Positions 1-10,553 of a stretch of DNA of 64,000 nucleotides are shown here, one piece after another. A program made the position numbers and the translations under genes. The stretch spans positions 288,001 through 352,000 of the forward strand of contig CAVSTP010000002.1 in NCBI GenBank assembly GCA_963730935.1, given 5' to 3'. The notes below the pieces were generated by a model. That model was given only the letters and a program-made list of their open reading frames with translations, was not told the origin of the DNA and did not search any database. Position 1 is the first letter of the stretch. Each line of letters begins with the position of its first letter. This DNA comes from an uncultured Nitrospiraceae bacterium (GTDB lineage: Bacteria > Nitrospirota > Nitrospiria > Nitrospirales > Nitrospiraceae).

Positions 1-1
1 A

Positions 2-217
2 GCGGGCCTACGGCTGCGACAACAGGAGCCGAAGGTCAAACTTTTGTATCTTTCCATGTATGGAGATAAGGAGTACGTCGAAGAAGCCTTGCGGATCGGA
101 GCTTCAGGATATGTACTGAAAGGCTCGGGGCTGGGAGTATTGTTCCGCGCCATCGAGTTTGTCCTCGCCGGAAAGCAATATGTGTCGCCGGAATTGTCTT
201 TCAGGGGAAATTCCTAA
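2..217 (+). CDS. C-terminal part of a NarL-type receiver-domain response regulator (5' end outside window)
   Basis: Frame 2 reads AGLRLRQQEPKVKLLYLSMYGDKEYVEEALRIGASGYVLKGSG...YVSPEL, typical REC beta4-beta5 motifs; stop TAA at 215-217, no HTH. Confidence 0.8.
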   Translation, partial: AGLRLRQQEPKVKLLYLSMYGDKEYVEEALRIGASGYVLKGSGLGVLFRAIEFVLAGKQYVSPELSFRGNS

Positions 218-388
218 ACCGCGGGTCGCACGTTCAGGATTCGGTTGGGGAGAAACAACGGTCAGTAGCTGGAAAACGTATGTGTGAGAGAATGGCCGCG
301 ATCAGCCAGAGATGATGCAAGTCAGCGGGAGATCAGAATTCACAAGACAGGAAGGCGTTTGTAAACTTTTCACCTAAACCAGAGGAGA

Positions 389-1192
389 TTACTTCAATGA
401 CAAAACATCCATCATGTCGTACAGCCCAGGAGGCTGTTTGACGACCCAGCTCGCCGCTCGTAAGGCGCCTCGTGCGAAGGTGTCGCGGCTGCTGGCCCGA
501 TGGGTGACTTCGATTCGTTCCCCCATTCCGCCGAAAATGATCGTGTGGTCCCCCACAATGTCCCCGGCGCGAATCGTCTGGATGCCGATTTCCCGTTGCT
601 TCCGTTCTCCGACCAAACCCTTGCGAGCATAGACACCGACCTGATTCAGATCACGGTTGACGGCGCGCGCCAATACTTCAGCAATCTTGAGCGCGGTTCC
701 ACTCGGGGCATCCCTCTTCATGCGGTGATGAGCCTCGATGACTTCGATGTCATACTCATCTCCCAAGGTCCTGGCCATTTCGCTGATCACCTTATAGATC
801 AGGTTCACTCCGACACTCATATTGGGAGAGAACATGCAGGGGACCTGCCGGGTCAATGACTTGAGTTCGTCCAATTGGGCGGTATTGAATCCCGTCGTCC
901 CAATCACCATCGCCCGTCCACGTTCGGCGACTGCGCGGAGATGCCCCAGTGTTGCTTCGGGCGCCGAAAAATCTATGACAACCTCGGCCCGATCAAGCAA
1001 GCCGGGAAGATCGTCGGTGATCAGAACGCTCATTTTACCGACACCGGCCGTTTCACCGGCATCCAGTCCAAGCGCCGGATGGCCCTTCCCTTCGATGGCT
1101 CCAGCCAGCGCCAAATCACTGGACTCTTTGATCAAAGCGATCAACCGGCTTCCCATTCGGCCAGCAGCCCCAGCAACAATAACCTTGATCAT
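389..1192 (-). CDS. dapB: 4-hydroxy-tetrahydrodipicolinate reductase
   Basis: GAAGRMG NAD-binding motif, EAHHRMKRDAPSGTA catalytic motif; adjacent to dapA. Confidence 0.97.
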   Translation of the reverse strand: MIKVIVAGAAGRMGSRLIALIKESSDLALAGAIEGKGHPALGLDAGETAGVGKMSVLITDDLPGLLDRAEVVIDFSAPEATLGHLRAVAERGRAMVIGTTGFNTAQLDELKSLTRQVPCMFSPNMSVGVNLIYKVISEMARTLGDEYDIEVIEAHHRMKRDAPSGTALKIAEVLARAVNRDLNQVGVYARKGLVGERKQREIGIQTIRAGDIVGDHTIIFGGMGERIEVTHRASSRDTFARGALRAASWVVKQPPGLYDMMDVLSLK

Positions 1193-1220
1193 GGACGTGA
1201 GCTTTCAGGGATGGGAAAGG

Positions 1221-2093
1221 TTAGACCAACCGCATTTCTTTCAGGACGCGGGTCAACTGGTTGCGATTGTCCGCGCTCATGGCGCACAGGGGCAACCGTA
1301 GTTCCGGATCGATCTTGCCCATCATCCCCATCGCTTCCTTCACTGGAATAGGGTTCGTTTCAAAGAACAATGCGGCAAAAAGCGGCGAGAGCAGGAAATG
1401 GATACGACGCGCTTCGTCGATGCGGCCGGCCTGGAACGAAGCGACCAGCTGGGACATCTCTTTCGGCATGATGTTGGCCGTCACGGTGATGACGCCTTTG
1501 GCCCCCACGGCCATCATGGGCAGAGTTAGCGCATCGTCACCGGCCAGAACGGTCAGGCGATCTCCGCAGGCCTGTGCAATGTCGGAGGCCTGCTGGACGG
1601 AGCCGCTGCCCTCCTTGACTCCGACGATGCTTTTCATCACCGCAAGACGCGCGACCGTCGCTGGCAACATGTTGACCCCGGTGCGGCCGGGAATGTTGTA
1701 GAGCACCAGAGGAATGTCGACGGCCTCGGCTACGGCCTTATAATGGCGATACAATCCTTCCTGCGTCGGCTTGTTGTAATAGGGCGTGATGAGCAGCGCC
1801 CCATCTGCACCGGCCTCTTTGGCGTGTCGAGTGAGCGAGATCGCTTCGTCGGTACTGTTGGAACCCGTCCCGGCGATGACCGGCACCCGGCCCTTGACGA
1901 CTTCGACGCTGAGCCGGATGACCCGGTGATGCTCGTCATGCGTCAACGTCGCCGATTCTCCCGTCGTGCCGCAAGGCACGATGCCGTTCGTGCCGTTCGC
2001 GATCTGCCATTCAATAAGATCGCCGAACGTCCGCTCATCGACCTTGCCGTTCCGGAACGGCGTCACAATTGCGACTATTGACCCGCGAAACAT
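1221..2093 (-). CDS. dapA: 4-hydroxy-tetrahydrodipicolinate synthase
   Basis: GTTGES, PYYNKP, YNIPGRT and Schiff-base GVKE motifs. Confidence 0.97.
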   Translation of the reverse strand: MFRGSIVAIVTPFRNGKVDERTFGDLIEWQIANGTNGIVPCGTTGESATLTHDEHHRVIRLSVEVVKGRVPVIAGTGSNSTDEAISLTRHAKEAGADGALLITPYYNKPTQEGLYRHYKAVAEAVDIPLVLYNIPGRTGVNMLPATVARLAVMKSIVGVKEGSGSVQQASDIAQACGDRLTVLAGDDALTLPMMAVGAKGVITVTANIMPKEMSQLVASFQAGRIDEARRIHFLLSPLFAALFFETNPIPVKEAMGMMGKIDPELRLPLCAMSADNRNQLTRVLKEMRLV

Positions 2094-2159
2094 GGACGCT
2101 CCTTAGATAAGGAAACGGAAAGGGCTGAACCGCTTTGATGCGCATCCGGCATGCGCCGG

Positions 2160-3422
2160 TCAGCTCAAGAAGGCCGGAATCGTCTCGCCTCGAACAAGAT
2201 CATCATAACTCTCGCGCGCACGGATCACATGCACCTCATTGTCCTTGACCAACACTTCCGGCACCCGCGGCCGCGAATTGTAGTTGGAGGCCATGACGAA
2301 TCCGTAGGCGCCCGCGCTCATGACGGCCAGCAAGTCACCCGGTTTGACCTCCGGTAATGAACGGTCCTTGGCCAGGAAATCGCCCGATTCGCAGACCGGT
2401 CCCACCACATCGACTGAGTGCTTCGGCCGGTGCAAGAGGGCTTCGGACACCGGGCGGATGTCATGATAGGCGTTGTACAGGCTCGGCCGAATCAGGTCGT
2501 TCATGGCCGCATCTACGATGACGAATCGTTTGCTCTCCCCGATTTTTTCATACAGGGCCTTGGTCACCAGGATGCCCGCATTGCCGACTATCACGCGGCC
2601 CGGTTCCATGACCAGCGTGAGGTCCAATCCCTTGACGAGCGGCGAGAGGGCCTCGGCCAGTTCGTGCGGCAACGGTGGTTTTTCGTCGGAATAGGTAATG
2701 CCCAGCCCGCCGCCGATATTGAGATACCGGATGTTGGTCCCCTGCCCTTTGAGTCTGTCGACGAGTGCAAGGACTTTTTTCAAGGACTCGACGAAGGGCG
2801 TCACTTCGGTCAACTGGGAGCCGATGTGCGCGTGGACCCCCACGACGTGAATGTGCCGGAGCGTCGAGGCCACACGAAATTCTTCCAAGGCACGGTCGGC
2901 GGCGATGCCGAACTTGCTCTTCTTGAGGCCGGTTGAAATGTAGGGATGCGTCTTGGGATCGATGTCGGGATTGATTCGCAGGGCCACGGGCGCAATCTTG
3001 CCGACGGAGGCTGCCACGTCATTGATGGCGTGCATCTCCGCCGACGATTCGATGTTGAACATCAGAATCTCGGCCTTCAAGGCATCACGGATCTCCTCCG
3101 CGTTCTTCCCGACCCCCGCAAACACAATCTTCGATGGGGGCACGCCGGCCTTCAAGGCGCGGAATAGCTCGCCGCCGGACACAATATCGACACCGCTGCC
3201 CTCCTTCGCCATCAGGCGCAGAACCGCCAGATTGGAGTTGGCCTTCATGGCGAAGGCAATCAGATGAGGAATATTCTTGAATGCGCTGTCATAGGCCCGG
3301 ATATGCCGAATGAGGGTCGCGTGGCTGTAAATGTAACAGGGCGTGCCGACCTGCTTGGCAATCTGGCTCACCGGCACCTGCTCGCAATACAACTCGCCCT
3401 GGCGGTATTCGAAATTATGCAT
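2160..3422 (-). CDS. lysA: Diaminopimelate decarboxylase
   Basis: FAMKAN PLP lysine, HIGSQ, GGGLG, EPGR, GPVCESGD, GAYG...SNYNSR motifs. Confidence 0.97.
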   Translation of the reverse strand: MHNFEYRQGELYCEQVPVSQIAKQVGTPCYIYSHATLIRHIRAYDSAFKNIPHLIAFAMKANSNLAVLRLMAKEGSGVDIVSGGELFRALKAGVPPSKIVFAGVGKNAEEIRDALKAEILMFNIESSAEMHAINDVAASVGKIAPVALRINPDIDPKTHPYISTGLKKSKFGIAADRALEEFRVASTLRHIHVVGVHAHIGSQLTEVTPFVESLKKVLALVDRLKGQGTNIRYLNIGGGLGITYSDEKPPLPHELAEALSPLVKGLDLTLVMEPGRVIVGNAGILVTKALYEKIGESKRFVIVDAAMNDLIRPSLYNAYHDIRPVSEALLHRPKHSVDVVGPVCESGDFLAKDRSLPEVKPGDLLAVMSAGAYGFVMASNYNSRPRVPEVLVKDNEVHVIRARESYDDLVRGETIPAFLS

Positions 3423-5325
3423 CCTGAAAATCCTCGATCAGCATTTCCAAGCCCGCCAGCGACAGGCCTTGCATCGATGTCTCGAAGGCATCCTTGAACT
3501 TGCGATATCGCACCTTCACATTCGGGACGGCGGCCTTGATGGCGTCCGAATCGATGAGCGCTTTCAGCGCGTCTGGAGCGGCGAGCTTGAGATGCTCAAA
3601 ATTGACGATCACGTCCATCTTCGCCTTTTCGGCCGCTTCTCTGATTCGATTGATCAGTTCATGGACATTGAGGTGGTCCAATGCTCCTTCGAGGTCCATG
3701 AACAACGCGGCAAATTTATCGTGCCGCTTCACTTTGATATTCAACGTCAATTGCTGCGCAGAAGGCGCTTTCGGATCAAACCGCTGTTTGAGTGCATGCA
3801 GCGCGCTGGGAATGAGTTGATCCGGATCGAGCACGGGAAGCTTCGCCTGCAGATTCTTGAGCACGGAGGCAAGCGGAGACAATGTCCCCTTCGGACAGCT
3901 CCGTTTTACCAGTTTGCGGAATTCACGGTTCATCTCCCACCGAGCGACCAACCGCTGCTTCGTGCCGGCCAGGCGGTACCAGATGTTAGGCAGGGAATAG
4001 AACTGATGGTTCGCCCAGTGAAACCCTTCTTGAAGCTGTTGCGGGGTCATCCGGCTCGGCTGAAACACCACATGTTTTCCGTCGTACTTGGACCAATCCC
4101 GGTCGAAAATGCGTCCGGCATTGTTGTACCGATCGAAGAGCGCCGTTCCTGGCAGCGGTGTGAGCACGTTGAAGTAAGCGAGCTCCACATGGTTTTTCGT
4201 CAGGAAATCGACGGCCCGCTCAAACACCGCTTCGTCGTCGTTGTCGAATCCGAAGACGATGCCCGGATTCACCATGATGCCGTATTTATGGAACATTTTG
4301 ATCTCTTCCGCAAACTTCTGGACGCGATTGAACGGTTTGTTGGTTTCATCCAGACAGTCTTCGTCAAGCGATTCCATCCCGACAAACACCGAGACGCAGC
4401 CGCTTTCGGCGGCCAGCTTGACCATCTCCTCGTCGTCGCCCAGAAACAGCGTGGACTGGCACCCCCACTTGAGCTTGAGGGGCTTGAGCGCTGTCCAGAG
4501 CTCACGGCAGTAGGCCCGGTTGCTGTTGTGCAGGTCGTCGACGAAGGCCACGATGCTGCCGTCTTCGATGCCCACTCGGATCTTTACTGTCGCGAGGAAG
4601 GCGCGCCACAGCGGTTCATCGCGGATACGTTCGACCAGTTCGCTTCGAACCCACCGCTGCACGTTCGTTAATTCTGCCACCACCTCATCGACCGGCCGGC
4701 GCCTGGTGGTCTTGCCGTTAAACGGAGAGACGCTGCAAAACTCGCAATCGAAATGGCACCCTCTGGTCGTGAAACTGCACTGCCGGGTCATGTAGGAATC
4801 GGGGCTAAGCAATTCGACGCGGGGACTCCTGTAGCGCTCCAGCGACGGAAACGCCGTCATCTTGTAGATGCGCTGCATGGCGCCGGCTTCATAATCCGCC
4901 ACCAATCGAGGCCATAAGTCTTCGGCCTCGCCGCAAACAATGGCATCGGCATGCTGGAGGGCTTCGTCCGGACAATAGGTCGGATGCACGCCTCCCATGA
5001 CCACGGTTTTGCCCCGCTTTCTGAATTCCTTCGCGATCTCGTAGGCCCGCGGCGCATAGCAGGTCATGATCGAGAGACCAACCATGTCGCAGGGAGTATC
5101 AAAGTCGATGTCTTCCACCGCTTCATCCACCAAATCGACGTCCCAGGACTCCGGGGTATAGGCCGCGATCGTGGGTAGGCTCAGCTTCGGGAACCAAACG
5201 GCTCGTCGCTCCGAGGCGGTGAGATGGTATTGGTTGTTTCGAGGATAGGGATCGACGAGTAGGAGCCGCTTACCGACTTGAGGCTTGAACGGTTGTCCAT
5301 GTCGCGTCGGTTGTATCAGTGCCAT
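3415..5325 (-). CDS. Cobalamin-binding radical SAM protein with C-terminal STAS-like domain
   Basis: B12-binding N-terminus (GGVHPT, GEAE), TRGCHFDCEFC CxxxCxxC motif, C-terminal LEGALD...VIVNFEHL STAS-like segment; start placed at MALIQP after GGAGG. Confidence 0.88.
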   Translation of the reverse strand: MALIQPTRHGQPFKPQVGKRLLLVDPYPRNNQYHLTASERRAVWFPKLSLPTIAAYTPESWDVDLVDEAVEDIDFDTPCDMVGLSIMTCYAPRAYEIAKEFRKRGKTVVMGGVHPTYCPDEALQHADAIVCGEAEDLWPRLVADYEAGAMQRIYKMTAFPSLERYRSPRVELLSPDSYMTRQCSFTTRGCHFDCEFCSVSPFNGKTTRRRPVDEVVAELTNVQRWVRSELVERIRDEPLWRAFLATVKIRVGIEDGSIVAFVDDLHNSNRAYCRELWTALKPLKLKWGCQSTLFLGDDEEMVKLAAESGCVSVFVGMESLDEDCLDETNKPFNRVQKFAEEIKMFHKYGIMVNPGIVFGFDNDDEAVFERAVDFLTKNHVELAYFNVLTPLPGTALFDRYNNAGRIFDRDWSKYDGKHVVFQPSRMTPQQLQEGFHWANHQFYSLPNIWYRLAGTKQRLVARWEMNREFRKLVKRSCPKGTLSPLASVLKNLQAKLPVLDPDQLIPSALHALKQRFDPKAPSAQQLTLNIKVKRHDKFAALFMDLEGALDHLNVHELINRIREAAEKAKMDVIVNFEHLKLAAPDALKALIDSDAIKAAVPNVKVRYRKFKDAFETSMQGLSLAGLEMLIEDFQDA

Positions 5326-5394
5326 CGGTTCCTCCTCCACTTCAGCATAGTTCTTATCAGAGCCGTGTAACGACTCGATTGGTTGTTCACGCAG

Positions 5395-5616
5395 TTACCG
5401 GGTCCCCACCGGAAACAACGGCGGGAGGTCCACATCCTGGCCCAACGGTTCAGGGACAGGCTGGAATTCTTCGGCTTCACGTTTCGCGGCCTCGGCATCC
5501 AGCTTCTTTTGCCGCTCGATTGTAGGCGCCACTCCAACATCCTCGGGAGGAATCGGCGATCCGACGGTCCCGCAGGCTGCCAACGACCAGATCGCGAGCA
5601 CCACCATGGCCATCAC
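5395..5616 (-). CDS. Small lipoprotein, LptM/LppL-like
   Basis: Lipobox LAAC followed by GTVGSPIPP; argH-lipoprotein-lysA context is the known position of this family. Confidence 0.7.
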   Translation of the reverse strand: MMAMVVLAIWSLAACGTVGSPIPPEDVGVAPTIERQKKLDAEAAKREAEEFQPVPEPLGQDVDLPPLFPVGTR

Positions 5617-7019
5617 GATAACATCCGCTCGAGCTGTTTGATCCGCTGCTCGACCTGTCCTCTGGCAGTCCCGCCGATCTGGGTTTTGCGGTCGATCGCC
5701 GCCTGCACGGTCAATCGTGCGAAGACGCTTTTGTCGAAGCGGTCGGAGAAGTGACGAAGTTCCTCGAGCGTAAAGGACGTGAGCTCACGTCCACGCTCCA
5801 ATGCGGAACGCACCACCCGCCCGGTGACGCCATGGGCTTCTCGAAAGGGCATGCCCTTGCTGACGAGATAATCGGCCAGCTCGGTCGCCAGCAGCCCGCC
5901 ACCTTGAACGGCCTGCTTCAGGCTCTCCCGGTTTACTTTGAGCCGACGCATCAGTTCCGTCAAGACTTGAAGGGATGTCGTGACCGTGTCCAATGCATCG
6001 AACAAGGCCGGCTTGTCCTCTTGCAAGTCCCGATTATAGCTCAAGGGGAGGGCCTTCATCATAGTCAAAAGATTAATCAATTGGCCGTACACCCGGCCTG
6101 TTCGCCCCCGGATCAGCTCAGGCACGTCGGGATTCTTTTTTTGCGGCATCATGCTGCTCCCGGTGCAAAACCCCTCCGGGAGGTCGACGAACTGGAATTC
6201 CTGCGAAGACCACACGATCAACTCTTCGCTCAGCCGCGACAAATGCATCATCGTAATCGACAGCGCTGCCGCACTCTCGATCATGAAGTCACGGTCAGAG
6301 ACGGCATCCAGGCTGTTGGTCGTCAGTTGGGGAAACCCTAGGAGGCCTGCCGTATACCAACGATCAATGGGGTAATTGGTGCCGGCCAGTGCCCCAGATC
6401 CCAGCGGCATCACGTTCAACCGTTTCTGCGCATCCTGGATGCGACCCTTGTCGCGCTCGAGCATGTCAACGTAGGCGAGGAGATGGTGCGCAAACAGAAC
6501 CGGTTGGGCCCTCTGTAAGTGGGTGTAGCCGGGCATGGCGACCGTGCGGTGCGCCTTCGCCTTGGCCACCAGAACGCGCTGGCACTCCTGAAGCCGCTTG
6601 GCAAAATCTTCCAGCTGACCGCGCAGGTAGAGCCGGATGTCCAGCGCGACCTGGTCGTTGCGACTCCGTCCCGTGTGCAGTTTGCCCCCCAGGGGACCAA
6701 TCAGCTCCGTGAGCCGCCGTTCAACTGCCATGTGAATGTCTTCGTCCTGAGGCGTAAATTTAAATCGGCCTCGATCCAACTCGGTTTTCACGGCCTCGAG
6801 GGCCCGCACGATCGTCCGGGTCTCGCTCGACTTCAGGACGCGCGCCTTCTCCAACGTCTTGCAGTGGGCGATGCTGCCCTGGATGTCCTGCGCGTACAGC
6901 CTGCGATCGACGGACACCGAACCGGTGAAGGCTTCAACTAGACGGTGCGTCCGTTCCCGAAATCGACCACCCCAGGCCTTTCCATCGGCAAGACCGTTGC
7001 CTCTCCGCACCTTGGTCAT
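5613..7019 (-). CDS. argH: Argininosuccinate lyase
   Basis: WGGRF, HTGRSRNDQ, PGYTHLQRAQP, GSSMMPQKKNPD. Confidence 0.98.
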   Translation of the reverse strand: MTKVRRGNGLADGKAWGGRFRERTHRLVEAFTGSVSVDRRLYAQDIQGSIAHCKTLEKARVLKSSETRTIVRALEAVKTELDRGRFKFTPQDEDIHMAVERRLTELIGPLGGKLHTGRSRNDQVALDIRLYLRGQLEDFAKRLQECQRVLVAKAKAHRTVAMPGYTHLQRAQPVLFAHHLLAYVDMLERDKGRIQDAQKRLNVMPLGSGALAGTNYPIDRWYTAGLLGFPQLTTNSLDAVSDRDFMIESAAALSITMMHLSRLSEELIVWSSQEFQFVDLPEGFCTGSSMMPQKKNPDVPELIRGRTGRVYGQLINLLTMMKALPLSYNRDLQEDKPALFDALDTVTTSLQVLTELMRRLKVNRESLKQAVQGGGLLATELADYLVSKGMPFREAHGVTGRVVRSALERGRELTSFTLEELRHFSDRFDKSVFARLTVQAAIDRKTQIGGTARGQVEQRIKQLERMLS

Positions 7020-8230
7020 CAGGACGATGCCTTCTTGCGTTGCGCTCGTATCTTCAACCGCAGTGCGTTCAGACGGATAAAACCCTCCGCATCTTTCTGG
7101 TTATAGACCTCGTCCTCTTCAAAGGTCGCGATGTCGAGTCGATACAGCGACCGTTTCGATTTGCGACCCGCCAAGGTGCAGCTGCCCTTGTACAGCCTCA
7201 CCCGCGCCGTACCGGTAACATCCTGCTGCGCTTCGTCGATCGCCTTTTGCACCATCTCGCGCTCGGGGCTGAACCAATAGCCGTTGTAGATCAAATCGGC
7301 ATAGCGAGGAATCAGACTGTCCCGGAAATGCAAAACCTCCCGGTCCATCGTCAACGATTCCAACCCTCGATGAGCGACGTGCAGAATCGTGCCCCCCGGC
7401 GTCTCGTAGACGCCGCGGGACTTCATGCCGACGTAGCGATTCTCGACCAGATCGACCCGCCCAACGCCATGCGCGCCGCCCACCTTGTTGAGATACGCAA
7501 GCAATGCAGCCGGACTCATTTTTTTGCCGTCCACCGCCACCGGATTGCCGGCCTCATAGTCGATCTCCACTTCCTGCGGTTTGTTGGGGGCCTTCTCCGG
7601 CGACACGGTCATCTGGAAAATCTCGTCCGGCGGCGATTCCCAGGGGTCTTCCAGGATGCCGCCCTCATAGCTCACATGGAATAAATTGAGGTCCATGCTG
7701 TACGGTTTTGCCTTGGTCGCCGTCACAGGGATGCCGTGGCGATCGGCATATTCGATCAACTCTCGACGGGACCGCATCGTCCACTCACGCCACGGAGCAA
7801 TGATTTTCAGCGTCGGCGCAAGCGCCATATAGGTCAACTCGAAGCGGACTTGATCGTTGCCCTTCCCCGTCGCGCCATGCGAGACGGCTTCTGCCCCTTC
7901 CTTGAGCGCAATTTCCGCCTGGCGGCGGGCGATCAATGGTCGCGCGATCGAGGTACCCAGCAAATAGGACCCTTCATACATCGCGTTCCCTCGCAGCATC
8001 GGGAACACATACTCCTTCACGAACGTTTCACGCAGATCCTCGATATAGACCTTCTTGACACCCAGCTTTTGGGCCTTGGCCTTGATGGCCTGCAGGTCTT
8101 CGCCTTGGCCGAGATCGGCGCAGAACGCGATGACCTCTGCTTCGTAGGTCTCTTGGAGCCATCTCAGAATGACCGAGGTGTCGAGCCCTCCGGAATAGGC
8201 CAGCACGATTTTTTTGATCCCGCGGTTCAT
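7019..8230 (-). CDS. argG: Argininosuccinate synthase
   Basis: [41 protein letters not shown]; start at MNRGIKK, overlapping the argF stop. Confidence 0.98.
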   Translation of the reverse strand: MNRGIKKIVLAYSGGLDTSVILRWLQETYEAEVIAFCADLGQGEDLQAIKAKAQKLGVKKVYIEDLRETFVKEYVFPMLRGNAMYEGSYLLGTSIARPLIARRQAEIALKEGAEAVSHGATGKGNDQVRFELTYMALAPTLKIIAPWREWTMRSRRELIEYADRHGIPVTATKAKPYSMDLNLFHVSYEGGILEDPWESPPDEIFQMTVSPEKAPNKPQEVEIDYEAGNPVAVDGKKMSPAALLAYLNKVGGAHGVGRVDLVENRYVGMKSRGVYETPGGTILHVAHRGLESLTMDREVLHFRDSLIPRYADLIYNGYWFSPEREMVQKAIDEAQQDVTGTARVRLYKGSCTLAGRKSKRSLYRLDIATFEEDEVYNQKDAEGFIRLNALRLKIRAQRKKASS

Positions 8231-9198
8231 CGTCGCCCTTGTCTCCCTTTCCCCAACAGGTTCGTCAAAATGGCTTTCTGCATATGCAGCCGGTTTTCCG
8301 CTTGATCGATCACGACGGATTGCGGACCGTCTAGGACCTCCGCAGTGATTTCCTCCCCTCGGTGGGCAGGCAAACAATGCATGACGATCGCATCAGGCTT
8401 GGCTCTGGCGACGAGCCGGCTGTTGACCTGATAAGGCGCAAGCACTCGCAATCGTCTGGCTTGTTCTCGTTCACGACCCATGCTGATCCAGACATCCGCA
8501 TACACGACATCCGCTTCCTTCACGGCCACATAAGGGTCCTGGCCTAGTTCGATTACGGCGCCGGTTTTGGCGGCTTCGACTCGCGCGAGATCCACGACAT
8601 GTTGATCCGGCTGGTAGCCGGACGGACACCCGAGCGAAATCGCCATGCCCATTTTGGCTACAGCCTCAATGAGCGAATTAGCGACGTTGTTGCCGTCGCC
8701 CACATAGGCGATCTTGATCCCTTTGAGCTTCCCTTTTTTTTCCTTGATCGTCAGCAAATCGGACAAGGCCTGGCACGGGTGGCTGAGGTCGGTAAGACCG
8801 TTGATCACGGGCATCGTGGCTTCGCGCGCCCATTCCTCGACCGTGCCGTGGTCATACGTGCGGATGACGATTCCGTCCAGATAACGGGACAGCACTCGCG
8901 CGGTATCGGCCACGCTTTCTCCGCGCGACAACTGGATGTCGGCCATCGGCAGGACCAGCGCGTGGCCGCCCAACTGATGCATCCCCGCTTCAAACGATAC
9001 TCGCGTCCGCGTTGACGGCTTTTGAAACAGGAGCCCGAGGGTTTTCCCCTTGAGCAGAGCGTGCGCGATGCCATGGCGCTGCTTTTTCTTGAGTGCAGCC
9101 GCCAATGTCAGCAGGCGTTCCACCTCGCCCTTGGGAACAGCCGCGACATCCAAGAGATCCTTCGCGAGCCGGGTTGTGCGCTGTGGCAGTGGTGTCAT
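8227..9198 (-). CDS. argF: Ornithine carbamoyltransferase
   Basis: STRTR, HPCQ, HCLP motifs; start approximate (MTPLPQ). Confidence 0.96.
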   Translation of the reverse strand: MTPLPQRTTRLAKDLLDVAAVPKGEVERLLTLAAALKKKQRHGIAHALLKGKTLGLLFQKPSTRTRVSFEAGMHQLGGHALVLPMADIQLSRGESVADTARVLSRYLDGIVIRTYDHGTVEEWAREATMPVINGLTDLSHPCQALSDLLTIKEKKGKLKGIKIAYVGDGNNVANSLIEAVAKMGMAISLGCPSGYQPDQHVVDLARVEAAKTGAVIELGQDPYVAVKEADVVYADVWISMGREREQARRLRVLAPYQVNSRLVARAKPDAIVMHCLPAHRGEEITAEVLDGPQSVVIDQAENRLHMQKAILTNLLGKGRQGRR

Positions 9199-9211
9199 CG
9201 GACGCCGACCT

Positions 9212-10423
9212 TCAAAGAGCCGCCGCCTGAGCGGCATGCCGATCAAAGATGTGTGACAGAACTTCCAGCAAGCGGTCGACTTCCGATTGCGTGATGATCA
9301 GCGGTGGAATAAAACGAAGCACGTGTTCTCCCACGGCGTTGACGAGGAACCCGCGCTTCAGACAATCGCCGACGACGGTTTTCGCATCCATTTCGACTTC
9401 CATCCCTTGGAGCAGCCCCAAGCCGCGTACATCCCGCACGAGATGGTGGCGGTCCTTGCACTCGGACAAGCCCTTGCTCAGGTAGTCGCCCATCCGCCGC
9501 GCCTGGTCCAGCACGCGGCCGTCGAGCAGCACACGGAAGACTGCCAGCGCCGCAGCACAGGCCAGTGGGTTCCCGCCGAATGTGGACGCATGCGAGCCGG
9601 GGCCGAAGGTTTTCGCGACGGGCGCCGTTGCCAAACAGGCGCCGATGGGAACGCCGCCGCCCAATCCCTTGGCCAAAGTCATGATGTCCGGCTGTACGTT
9701 CAACTGTTCATAGGCAAAGAGCGTCCCGGTTCGGCCCATTCCGGTCTGTACTTCATCGAAGATCAGGAGAATATCGCGTTGCGTGCACAGCTCACGGACC
9801 GCCTTGAGGTAGTCGCGAGAGGCGACGTGCACACCGCCCTCACCCTGAATCGGCTCCAGCATGATGGCGGCAGTCTTGTCGGTCACCGCTTGTTGCAGTT
9901 CGGCCAGGTGATTGAAGGTCACGTACGAGAACCCGGGAACGAGCGGCTCATACCCTTTTTGCACCTTTTCCTGACCGGTGGCGGTCAGTGTCGCCATGGT
10001 CCGGCCATGAAAGGATTGCTTCATCGTGATAATCTCGAACCGGCCGGCCCCGTACCTGTCGTGCGAATAGCGCCGTGCGAGCTTGATCGCCGCTTCATTG
10101 GCCTCTGCGCCGCTGTTGCAAAAAAAGACCTGGTCGGCAAATGAATGGTCCACGAGCAATTGCGCCAGTCTTACCTGCGGCTCCGTGTAGTAGAGATTTG
10201 ACGTGTGAATGAGTTGTGCCGCCTGCTTCTGGACCGCCAACACCAGGTCTGGATGTCCATGACCGAGCAGGTTCACGGCAATGCCCCCGACAAAATCCAC
10301 ATATTCACGACCCTCCAGGTCGTAGACCTTCGTCCCCCGCCCCCTCACAATGGAGATCGGCTGCCGTGCGTAGGTACCCATCAGATATTGTTCGGCGCTC
10401 TCCTTGAGTTCCTCAGTCGGCAT
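9212..10423 (-). CDS. argD: Acetylornithine aminotransferase
   Basis: NSGAEANE, FHGRT, DEVQTG, LAKGLGGG, HASTFGGNP; start at MPTEELK. Confidence 0.96.
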   Translation of the reverse strand: MPTEELKESAEQYLMGTYARQPISIVRGRGTKVYDLEGREYVDFVGGIAVNLLGHGHPDLVLAVQKQAAQLIHTSNLYYTEPQVRLAQLLVDHSFADQVFFCNSGAEANEAAIKLARRYSHDRYGAGRFEIITMKQSFHGRTMATLTATGQEKVQKGYEPLVPGFSYVTFNHLAELQQAVTDKTAAIMLEPIQGEGGVHVASRDYLKAVRELCTQRDILLIFDEVQTGMGRTGTLFAYEQLNVQPDIMTLAKGLGGGVPIGACLATAPVAKTFGPGSHASTFGGNPLACAAALAVFRVLLDGRVLDQARRMGDYLSKGLSECKDRHHLVRDVRGLGLLQGMEVEMDAKTVVGDCLKRGFLVNAVGEHVLRFIPPLIITQSEVDRLLEVLSHIFDRHAAQAAAL

Positions 10424-10553
10424 GGCAAACGTATCCCCTTGTAAAGTAAGGGAACCTAGCACAGGAATGCAGGTGAAAGCAAATGATCGAGTGGTGGGCG
10501 ATGAAGGGGGCTTCGAGCGCGGTGTCACCCGGGGTTATGATACTCTCTGATCA

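Noticed and set aside
3343..4671. 442-aa + strand ORF and similar long antisense ORFs (e.g. 7040-7684, 9287-10144, 11137-11943)
   Set aside because: Shadow ORFs opposite well-supported genes in GC-rich DNA, with no recognisable motifs
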